Shown here one piece after another: positions 19,121 through 27,121 of a stretch of 64,000 nucleotides of DNA (position 1 is its first letter; the number at the start of each line of letters is the position of its first letter). This stretch comes from an uncultured Pseudomonadota bacterium (GTDB taxonomy: Bacteria; Oederibacteriota; Muellerivitia; Muellerivitales; Muellerivitaceae). Under the pieces are notes generated by a model that did not search any database, was not told where the DNA came from, and saw nothing but the letters and a program-made list of their open reading frames with translations. The DNA lies in contig CAWJKT010000007.1 of assembly GCA_963843375.1 (NCBI GenBank), forward strand, positions 1 through 64,000, in the 5' to 3' direction. Both the position numbers and the translations under genes were made by a program.

Positions 19121-22100
19121 TTACCCTACTTTCTTCACACAAGCCCAAAACCATTTTCCAAACCCCGTCAGTTCCCTTTTTTCAACTCGGGGTCTTACTT
19201 CGGTGTACCACTTCCAAATCACGAAAAGGACCGGATAAACCAAAAGTTCCAAGGCAAAGGAAGTAAATACCCCTCCGACCATGGGGGCCGCAATGCGTTT
19301 CATGACGTCGCTTCCGACACCATTGGAAAAAAGAATCGGGACCAAGCCCATCCAGGCCGCTCCTACCGTCATCATCTTGGGGCGAACCCGTTGGACCGCC
19401 CCACTCAAGGCCGCTTCCTTCAAGTCCTTGAGGCTCTTCAATCGGCCCTTTGCCTCGAATTCCCGATAGGCGATATTTAGATAAAGCAACATGACGACAC
19501 CTGTTTCAGCGTCCAATCCGGCAAGGGCGATCATCCCCACGGCCACGGCTACCGACAGGTTGTAGCCTAATATCCACAAGAGCCAGAAAGCTCCCACCAG
19601 AGAGAAAGGAACCGCCAAAAGAACGATGACCGTCTCCGTGAAGGATTTGGTGTTGAAATAGATAAGCAAGAACACCAAAAACAGGGTCAAGGGAATCATG
19701 ACCTTGAGCCGTTTGGCCGCCTGTTCCATGTATTCGTATTGGCCGCTCCATACCAGGCTCACCCCTGGAGGCAGGCTTACTTTCCTTTCCACTACTTTCT
19801 TGGCGTCCGCCACCCAGCTTCCGGGGTCCCTGCCGGACAGATCCACATAGACGTATCCCGCTAGAAGGCCATTCTCATCCCGGATCATGCCGGGACCTGT
19901 GTTCAAGGCCACGTCGGCTACCTGGCCCAATTGGATATGTTGTCCCGTGGGTGTCACCAATGGAACCCGGCGGATTTTGTCCGGCGTGTCGCGGAAATCC
20001 CGGCTCAAACGGACTGTGATCGGAAAGCGAGCCCGGCCCTCGACCGTCTCGGTGACCATATCACCACCGACCGCAGACTGGATGAATTCATTCAGGTCGC
20101 CCACACTCATGCCGTAACGGGCCAATTGGTCCCGCTTGGCCTGGATATCCACGAAATACCCACCCGTCACCCTTTCGGCGAAAGCGCTTCGAGTGCCGGG
20201 GATATCGTGGACGGCCTTTTCGATGTCCTCGCTGGCTTTTTCAATTGTTTGAAAATTATCCCCCAACACCTTGATGCCTATGGGAGTGCGGATACCCGTG
20301 GAGAGCATGTCAATACGGTTCTTGATGGGCCCAATCCAGTCGTTGGTGAAGCCCGGTACTTGCAAGGCTTGATCCATCTGTTGGATCAGTTTTTCATGGG
20401 TCATGCCCTTAGGCCATTGGCTTTCGGGCTTGAAAACGATGGTGGTTTCCACCATTGATAGTGGTGCTGGATCAAGCGATGTTTCCGCCCTTCCCACCTT
20501 GCCGAACACACTCACAACTTCCGGGAAAGCCTTTAGGATGCGGTCCTGCATTTCAAGCAATCGTCCAGCCTCGGCAATGGAAATCCCCGGCAGGGTGATC
20601 GGCATGTAAAGCAGGGTTTCCTCCCACAAGGGCGGCATGAACTCACTACCCAAACGTGCCACCGGAAGAAAGGTCAATAACATGATCCCAAACGCCGAGA
20701 ACAGGACTGTCAAGCGATGATCCAATACCCATCGGGCCACCGGCGCATAAGTCTCTTGGAGAATACGGTTTACCGGATTTTCCGCCTCCGGACGGATGCG
20801 TCCCCGGAGTAAAAGGGTCATCAACATCGGGGTCACCGTAATGGCAAGGAACGCGGCGAAGAACATCGAGAAGGTCTTCGTAAAGGCCAGGGGCTTGAAC
20901 AGCCGCCCTTCCTGCCCTTGAAGCGCGAAAACCGGCAGGAATCCCGCCGTGATAACGAGCAGGGTCATGAATAAGGAAGGGCCGACTTCGGTACAAGCGT
21001 GGATAATTACATCCGTTCGGTTTTGTTTTTTGTTCCCCTTTTCCCACTCTTCCAGCCTTTTGCAGGCGTTCTCCACCATGATGATCGAAGCATCCACCAT
21101 TGCTCCGATGGCGATAGCGATACCCCCAAGGCTCATGATGTTGGAAGTTACCCCGATGTACCGCATACAGATGAAGGAAATCAGGATCGCAACCGGAAGG
21201 GTGACGATGATGACAAATGCCGAGGGCAAGTTCCAAAGAAAGACCAGGCATACGATGCTGACGGCGAGGGCGAGTTTCGCCAGTTCTTCCATGAGGGTGT
21301 TGACCGAATCCTGGATCAGTTCCGACCGGTCGTAAACCGGCACTACCTCCACGCCATTGGGAAGTGAAGGTTTCAGTTCTTCCAGCTTTTGTTTGACCCG
21401 CTCGATGACGTTCATGGCGTTTTCGCCGTAACGCATGGTGACGATTCCGCCCACTACCTCGCCTTGGCCGTTCAAATCCGTCACGTTGCGCCGCAAAGCC
21501 GGTCCCAATTGCACTTGGCCCACGTCCCGCAGGAGGATGGGAACTCCCTGCTTGTCCCGTCCGACAACTACTTCCTGAAGGTCCTGGAGGCTATGGATAT
21601 ATCCCAGTCCCCGCACCATGTATTCGGTGCCGTTTAATTCTAGGAGTCTTCCCCCCACCTCCTGGTTGGATTCCCTTACGGCTTTCACCACATCAGCGAA
21701 AGGAATATCGTAGGCCGCCAATGCGGCGGGATTCGCTTCAACTTGGTACTCTTTTGTTTCACCACCAACGGTCGAAACCTCCGCCACACCCGGAAGGCTC
21801 TGGAGGACAAACTTTAGGTTCCAATCCTGATAAGCCTTTAGGTCTTGTAAGCTGTGTTGGCCGGTCTTGTCCACCAGGGCATACTGGTATACCCAACCTA
21901 CCCCTGTCGCATCCGGCCCCATTTCTACCTTTGCCCCCTCCGGCAGGCTTCCCTGGATTTTCGAAAGGTATTCCAATACCCGGCTTCGAGCCCAATAGAC
22001 ATCTGTTCCCTCATCGAAAATGACATAAACGTATGAAAACCCGAAATCAGATTGAGCCCGGATGGCTTTTACGTGCGGCGCTCCCAACAACGCTCGTGAA

Positions 22101-22303
22101 ATGGGATAGGCCACCTGGTCCTCTAAAATGTCGGGGCTTCTATCCCACTGGACAAAGACCACCACCTGGGTATCCGACAAATCCGGGATAGCGTCCAAAG
22201 GCACGGTCTTGAGGGCCCATATTCCCCAACCAATAACGAACAATAGTCCCAAGGTCACGAAAACCCTGTTCCTTCCGCACAACTCGATGACTTTAGCGAT
22301 CAT
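19121..22303 (-). CDS. cusA: CusA/CzcA-family heavy-metal RND efflux permease
   Basis: DAIPDLSD, AIGAMVDA, RIDMLSTGIRTP, MKRIAAPMVGG; 1060 aa. Confidence 0.93.
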   Translation of the reverse strand: MIAKVIELCGRNRVFVTLGLLFVIGWGIWALKTVPLDAIPDLSDTQVVVFVQWDRSPDILEDQVAYPISRALLGAPHVKAIRAQSDFGFSYVYVIFDEGTDVYWARSRVLEYLSKIQGSLPEGAKVEMGPDATGVGWVYQYALVDKTGQHSLQDLKAYQDWNLKFVLQSLPGVAEVSTVGGETKEYQVEANPAALAAYDIPFADVVKAVRESNQEVGGRLLELNGTEYMVRGLGYIHSLQDLQEVVVGRDKQGVPILLRDVGQVQLGPALRRNVTDLNGQGEVVGGIVTMRYGENAMNVIERVKQKLEELKPSLPNGVEVVPVYDRSELIQDSVNTLMEELAKLALAVSIVCLVFLWNLPSAFVIIVTLPVAILISFICMRYIGVTSNIMSLGGIAIAIGAMVDASIIMVENACKRLEEWEKGNKKQNRTDVIIHACTEVGPSLFMTLLVITAGFLPVFALQGQEGRLFKPLAFTKTFSMFFAAFLAITVTPMLMTLLLRGRIRPEAENPVNRILQETYAPVARWVLDHRLTVLFSAFGIMLLTFLPVARLGSEFMPPLWEETLLYMPITLPGISIAEAGRLLEMQDRILKAFPEVVSVFGKVGRAETSLDPAPLSMVETTIVFKPESQWPKGMTHEKLIQQMDQALQVPGFTNDWIGPIKNRIDMLSTGIRTPIGIKVLGDNFQTIEKASEDIEKAVHDIPGTRSAFAERVTGGYFVDIQAKRDQLARYGMSVGDLNEFIQSAVGGDMVTETVEGRARFPITVRLSRDFRDTPDKIRRVPLVTPTGQHIQLGQVADVALNTGPGMIRDENGLLAGYVYVDLSGRDPGSWVADAKKVVERKVSLPPGVSLVWSGQYEYMEQAAKRLKVMIPLTLFLVFLLIYFNTKSFTETVIVLLAVPFSLVGAFWLLWILGYNLSVAVAVGMIALAGLDAETGVVMLLYLNIAYREFEAKGRLKSLKDLKEAALSGAVQRVRPKMMTVGAAWMGLVPILFSNGVGSDVMKRIAAPMVGGVFTSFALELLVYPVLFVIWKWYTEVRPRVEKRELTGFGKWFWACVKKVG

Positions 22304-22346
22304 TGTGATTTCCCCTGTTGATACTTTTTAGAGTTATATAAGTCAT

Positions 22347-23294
22347 TTATTTTTCCTGCGATTCCATAGCGGCAAAGTTAGCCTCAAGTTTAGAATCCGC
22401 ATCAACTATGAAATTGGCACCCTCCACCACTGTTTCCCCCTCGTTCAGGCCCGATAGAACCTGCCACTGGTCTTCTCCCTCAAATCCCATCGTGACTTCC
22501 TGGGGCGCGAAAGTTTCAGCCGATTTTTTCACGAAGACGTACCGGTGAAGTCCCGTGACCATCACTGCGTCTACAGGCACCGATAGCATGGGTTGGGAAG
22601 CCGCTTCAATTTCAACATTGGCGAAAAGTTCCGAAGTCGGGGCCTGGGGGATGTTGATCCTTACCCGGCGTACACGGGATTGGGTTCCGTCATACGGGTA
22701 AACTTGGGCAACACGGCCTTCCAACCGGGGTCCCGACCCGCTAAAAGCGGATACCCATGCCATTTGGCCCACCTTCACATAGGGAATATCCAGCGCGTAA
22801 ATATCGGCAACCACATATTGGCTCTTTCCTGAAGTGGCTTTCCCACTCGCGGCGAAATCACCTGCTTCTTCCGCGAAATCATCCGATCCTCCGCCATACC
22901 GTCCCACGGTGCGGATGACCCTCACGACCGGCTGCTTTTCTACCATGGCGGTCCGCAAACCGATGAGTTGCTGTTTGAAGGGGGATAAATCAACCGCTGC
23001 CAGTCCCTTCAGGGATTCCGGTAATCCCGTTGCTTCACCCGGAACAGAGGCGCTTTCCTTTTCGCCGCCAACTCCGCCCTCTTTCTTGATAAGCGTCATG
23101 CCGCAAATACCGCAATTCCCCGGATGGTCCTGGTGGAACCAGGGGTGCATGGGGCAATAGTAATAATCCGATGTCTTGGCGGCGGACTTTGATTCCCCTC
23201 CCATTGGTTGGCGCTCAATACACCAGCGGGTGGCTCCAATGACCACGAACAAGATCAATAAGATGAGGATGAACATTCCTTTTCGATTTTTCAT
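22347..23294 (-). CDS. cusB: CusB-like periplasmic adaptor, apparently internally shortened
   Basis: TM anchor, YYCPMHP HMBD, VRVIRTVGR, C-terminal GLNEGETVV..ANF..DADS; AAGGAG RBS. Confidence 0.75.
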   Translation of the reverse strand: MKNRKGMFILILLILFVVIGATRWCIERQPMGGESKSAAKTSDYYYCPMHPWFHQDHPGNCGICGMTLIKKEGGVGGEKESASVPGEATGLPESLKGLAAVDLSPFKQQLIGLRTAMVEKQPVVRVIRTVGRYGGGSDDFAEEAGDFAASGKATSGKSQYVVADIYALDIPYVKVGQMAWVSAFSGSGPRLEGRVAQVYPYDGTQSRVRRVRINIPQAPTSELFANVEIEAASQPMLSVPVDAVMVTGLHRYVFVKKSAETFAPQEVTMGFEGEDQWQVLSGLNEGETVVEGANFIVDADSKLEANFAAMESQEK

Positions 23295-23298
23295 GCCG

Positions 23299-24594
23299 TT
23301 ACTCCTTTTCATTTCCGGGAACCGGGAGGTTCCCAATCTGGTAGTCCAGTTCCGCCAAGGCTTTGCCATAATCCGCCTGAGCCTTGTAGTAGGTCTTCAA
23401 CGTGTCGATATACATGTTGTAGTTGTCCACGAAGTCCGGGAGTTGTATCTCTTCGTTTCGATAGGCCGCTTGTGTTGCTTTCCACGCCTTCTGCGTTTGC
23501 TCCAACAACCCGCCCTCTTCGTACAATTTCCAAAGCCGCCAAGCCGATTGCGCGTTGACATAGGCTTCCTCGACCATGTGGGTCGTTTCGTTCTTGGCCC
23601 CGGTTAACTCGTACTTGGAGGCTTCCACTTGGTCGTTCGCTTGGTCGGTAGCCTGGGTTTGCTTGATGGGGAAAAAAAGCGGCACGCTTACGCCGACCCT
23701 GAACCCGTAATAGGAAAAACCGGTGTCTTCGGGATTACGTGTGCCCGAAAGGGCTACCGTGAAATCCGGCAGGTGGCTTAGGGCCATTACATGCGCTTCG
23801 GCCCCTGCCTTATCCAGTTCCCTTTGGGCCGCTTCGACCATCGGATTATGATCCATCGCCGTTTGGATATAGTCCTGGACAGTCCCGTCCAAGCCGGGCA
23901 GGGTTGGTATTTCCTTTAGGACATAAATCGTCTCGTGGGGCAGGCTGAAGAGGTGGTTGAAATTGACCTTTGAGACTTCTAAGGCTTGGCTGGAGGTGAA
24001 AAGATCGTTCGTGGCGTTGGCTATTTCCATCTGCGCCCGGACGGTTTTCATGGAAAGCCATTGGCCCGTCAGTTCGCGAGACTTTAACAACTCGCTCAAG
24101 GACTTCCACTGTTTTTGGGACTCATCTAGGACGTCATAAACTTTTTGCCGGTAATAAAAATCCCAAAAGGTCTGCCGGGTCTGGAGCAGGATTTCACGAC
24201 GCATATCCCTCGCCATGGCCTTTTGTTTCCCTGTTTCAGCGTTATCCACGTCCACCTGAGCAAAACTTTTACCGGGGAAACCCAGATTTTCCTCAACCTG
24301 CCACATATTCGTATTGGGGAAGGTATCGTCGATCATGAACGTGGGATCGGCAGGGGCCAGTGTTTGAAGACTTTGCTTTCCTGCCGCATCCACGCGCTTA
24401 TCTGCCGCGTGGATATGCGGATTGCCCATCAAAGCCATTTCTTCCGCCTTGGGAAGGGTTAGTTCAATGGTGGTTGGGGCGGTCAAAGAACCCATTTCCA
24501 TTCCGGCCATGTCTTGGGCCCATAAAGACCCACAAAAGCCAAGAACGGCTAAGAACAGGGTTGAGAAAATAAATTTTGAACTTTTCACGGTCAT
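23299..24594 (-). CDS. TolC/CusC-family outer-membrane factor
   Basis: Signal peptide, two OEP-like repeats, VSVPLF; upstream of cusBA. Start at ATG 24594 behind AAGGAG. Confidence 0.85.
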   Translation of the reverse strand: MTVKSSKFIFSTLFLAVLGFCGSLWAQDMAGMEMGSLTAPTTIELTLPKAEEMALMGNPHIHAADKRVDAAGKQSLQTLAPADPTFMIDDTFPNTNMWQVEENLGFPGKSFAQVDVDNAETGKQKAMARDMRREILLQTRQTFWDFYYRQKVYDVLDESQKQWKSLSELLKSRELTGQWLSMKTVRAQMEIANATNDLFTSSQALEVSKVNFNHLFSLPHETIYVLKEIPTLPGLDGTVQDYIQTAMDHNPMVEAAQRELDKAGAEAHVMALSHLPDFTVALSGTRNPEDTGFSYYGFRVGVSVPLFFPIKQTQATDQANDQVEASKYELTGAKNETTHMVEEAYVNAQSAWRLWKLYEEGGLLEQTQKAWKATQAAYRNEEIQLPDFVDNYNMYIDTLKTYYKAQADYGKALAELDYQIGNLPVPGNEKE

Positions 24595-24673
24595 CACTCC
24601 TTTTTGTTTGCGAACGCAAAACAGCAACAGATGAGTTCTTTTGAACCCATCTACGCAAAATCAAAAGGAGTGA
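24594..24673 (-). promoter_or_regulatory. RBS-sequestering RNA stem between the leader ORF and the tolC-like gene
   Basis: mRNA UCACUCCUUUU just after the leader stop is perfectly complementary to AAAAGGAGUGA (SD up to the start A); inner hairpin AGAUGGGUUC/GAACUCAUCU. Confidence 0.7.
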
Positions 24674-24674
24674 A

Positions 24675-25043
24675 TCAGATTCTTAAGGCGAGAAGACCTC
24701 GGGGAGGTGAAGCGGAAAAACTGCTAAAGGCGGGAAAATCAACAGCCTTCGCCAATAAGAAAACATCGGCAGAGGCAAACGAAACAACTGGCACAGCCAC
24801 CAAATCCGAACCATGAACCGCCACGACCACGGACGATTGGTTCATCGTTTTGCACAACGGGCTCTGGGATTTGGATTTCGAAGTTTGGCAACACTTCATC
24901 CCACTCATTGAGTCAACTTCACAAGACTTCATTTGCGAAGTGCCCACTTGAGCAGAGGCACTGCAAATACCACACGGCGTCAGGGCGACAATGACGCCAA
25001 AGATTAAAAAGGCTCGTTTGAGAGCAACGACAGCTTTTCTCAT
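24675..25043 (-). CDS. Cys-rich exported leader-type protein
   Basis: Signal-like segment, TPCGIC, CC; ends SPPRGLLALRI; TTGACA...TAGTAT promoter-like sequence just upstream. Confidence 0.65.
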   Translation of the reverse strand: MRKAVVALKRAFLIFGVIVALTPCGICSASAQVGTSQMKSCEVDSMSGMKCCQTSKSKSQSPLCKTMNQSSVVVAVHGSDLVAVPVVSFASADVFLLAKAVDFPAFSSFSASPPRGLLALRI

Positions 25044-25232
25044 GGGTTGATACTACACCTTATCTTGAAAAATTGTCAAACAATGGTGAAAACAAGCCAA
25101 TGTTTCCCAACTATCCACGTAATACGGGAAAGCGCCGAAAAAGGTTTCACCGCTAATATCTTCTGAGAAATGAGCCCTAAGAAAGGATTCTGACCTCAAT
25201 AGACTTTTTGAAATCTGCATATGAGAAATACA

Positions 25233-25346
25233 GCCACAAAAGACACCAATAAGACACCGGCAAGACACCCAACGCAAACACACTAGACTTTTGACCTTCC
25301 GCGCTTTCATGCTTTTCACAGGTGTCTTATCGGTGTCTTTTGTGGC
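25233..25346. repeat. 26-bp inverted repeat built from AAGACACC units
   Basis: gccacaaaagacaccaataagacacc (25233-25258) versus ggtgtcttatcggtgtcttttgtggc (25321-25346), one mismatch; a further AAGACACC at 25262-25269. Confidence 0.85.
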
Positions 25347-25477
25347 CGTCTACCCCCATAAAAGGCCATCATTTACCGTCAAAAAGAAAAAGCCCGAATT
25401 GTCCCAAAGACAACCCAGGCTTTTCTTGTTGTGAACCAACGAAAAAATGATGCAAAAACATAAGCTATTTAAAAAAA

Positions 25478-25564
25478 TGGTGCCCGAGGTCGGACTTGAA
25501 CCGACATGACCGTGAGGTCGATAGATTTTGAGTCTATTGCGTCTGCCAATTTCGCCACTCGGGC
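25478..25564 (-). tRNA. tRNA-Leu(CAA)
   Basis: GCCCGAG acceptor stem, ATAGA-CTCAAAA-TCTAT anticodon arm, long variable arm, GTTCAAGTC T-loop, encoded CCA. Confidence 0.96.
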
Positions 25565-25731
25565 GGAGTGCCAAGACCCCAAGGAAGGAGCAAGGATGCG
25601 TATTTTAAGAGAACCATCTTCAAAGTCAATAGAAGACAAACAGCCCAAAAATAACAAAAATTTATTTAAACCTCGAGCACCACATCCACCCATTCGGCGA
25701 ACATTCCGTAATAACAACTATTAATAATATT

Positions 25732-26757
25732 TTAGAGACCGTTCCAAAAATCTTCCAAATCAGGAGGCATGGAATCCTCCAAAATTACTCGTTCGCCGGT
25801 GATCGGATTACAAAACTCGATTTTGAAAGCATGTAGCGCCTGACGGGGCAACAACACCTTTTCTTTTAACCAGTCATCCCACCCTTTATCGATGAAATGC
25901 AAAAAGGTTTCCTCACCTCCCGAATAAAGTTTATCTCCCACAATGGGAAAACCGCTGGCTTCTAAATGAACTCTTATCTGATGCGTTCGTCCCGTCAAAG
26001 GCTTGGCTGCCACTAGAGAAAACCCGCCTTTATCTATTTCAAAATTTGTGCGTGAAGGTTTGAATTTCAAACATTCAAAATCCGTTATGGAGGGCCTGCA
26101 ATTTTCTTGGTTAATACCTAATTTCATCCGTATCCGGCTTTCTTTCAACGGGCCAATAGGCTGATCCACCCGTCGTTTTATTGGCTCGAACTTCCCAAAT
26201 ACGATCGCTAGATAGGTTTTTTGAACTTCACCGGATTCCCACTGTTTTTGCAAAGCCTTAAGGACCTTTTTATCCTTAGCCAAAAGTATCAACCCGCTGG
26301 TTTCGGAGTCCAATCGGTGCACCAAATTAAAATTTTGTGCCTCAGCCCTGTCCCGGCGCAAAAGGTGCATGAGGGTATTTTCGAAATAGGCCCCAATCGC
26401 GTGGACTGGGAGGGGAGCGGGTTTGGAGATCGCCAAAAGGGTTTCGTCCTCATACACGACCCGGTAATTGACATTTACTTCCGGCTCTTCCCAAGCCTGG
26501 GTGGTAAAAGCCACTTCGTCCCCCGCCCGCAAAGGCTGGCCTTCCGATGGGCTTAGACCATTCACTTGGATCTTCCCCGTTTGAATGTGTTCCCTCCATT
26601 CATCGGGGTTGTGATAAGGGAACCGCTTGGACAGGAATTCCAATAAGGTCTGGGAACTTTTATGTTCCAGTCTCGTAACAAGGGTGATGGGTTTCTTGGT
26701 TTTGGGTTCGAGTTTCAATGCTTTTCCTGGAATTAATGACGGTTTCGAATCATTCAT
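25732..26757 (-). CDS. RluA/RluD-family pseudouridine synthase
   Basis: S4-like domain, VHRLDSETSG, TGRTHQIRVH, GDKLY. Confidence 0.92.
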   Translation of the reverse strand: MNDSKPSLIPGKALKLEPKTKKPITLVTRLEHKSSQTLLEFLSKRFPYHNPDEWREHIQTGKIQVNGLSPSEGQPLRAGDEVAFTTQAWEEPEVNVNYRVVYEDETLLAISKPAPLPVHAIGAYFENTLMHLLRRDRAEAQNFNLVHRLDSETSGLILLAKDKKVLKALQKQWESGEVQKTYLAIVFGKFEPIKRRVDQPIGPLKESRIRMKLGINQENCRPSITDFECLKFKPSRTNFEIDKGGFSLVAAKPLTGRTHQIRVHLEASGFPIVGDKLYSGGEETFLHFIDKGWDDWLKEKVLLPRQALHAFKIEFCNPITGERVILEDSMPPDLEDFWNGL

Positions 26758-26837
26758 ACGCCATGAACGTCTAACGCTCCTACGATATAATAAAAGCTAT
26801 CAATCGGCACCTCAATTAATCCCGGCGGGAGGACTCC

Positions 26838-27107
26838 ATGAACGAAAATTCATTCGAACCGTTATTGATGGAAATGCAAACCTTGTCCCAGAAATACGCC
26901 CTGGGGAAAATGGCCCGCCGAAGGTTTGAGGATCAGCTCAAGACATTACAGGAAAAATTGTCGTCGGAAACCATGGCCGGACGGATTAAAAGCGAAAGGC
27001 GCTCCGCCTTTTACAACGGGTTTATTGCCGCTTTCGTATTCTCAGGAATTCTTTATTTTCTTTTCAAACTTATCCAAACAGGCGCTTTGGCCCGTTATTG
27101 GGGATAA
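26838..27107 (+). CDS. Hypothetical membrane protein
   Basis: GGAGG RBS; C-terminal TM helix. Confidence 0.55.
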   Translation: MNENSFEPLLMEMQTLSQKYALGKMARRRFEDQLKTLQEKLSSETMAGRIKSERRSAFYNGFIAAFVFSGILYFLFKLIQTGALARYWG

Positions 27108-27121
27108 AAAGCTAGCCGGGA

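Noticed and set aside
25350..25724. Short ORFs over the tRNA region
   Set aside because: They are shadow translations of tRNA-Leu and its flanks.
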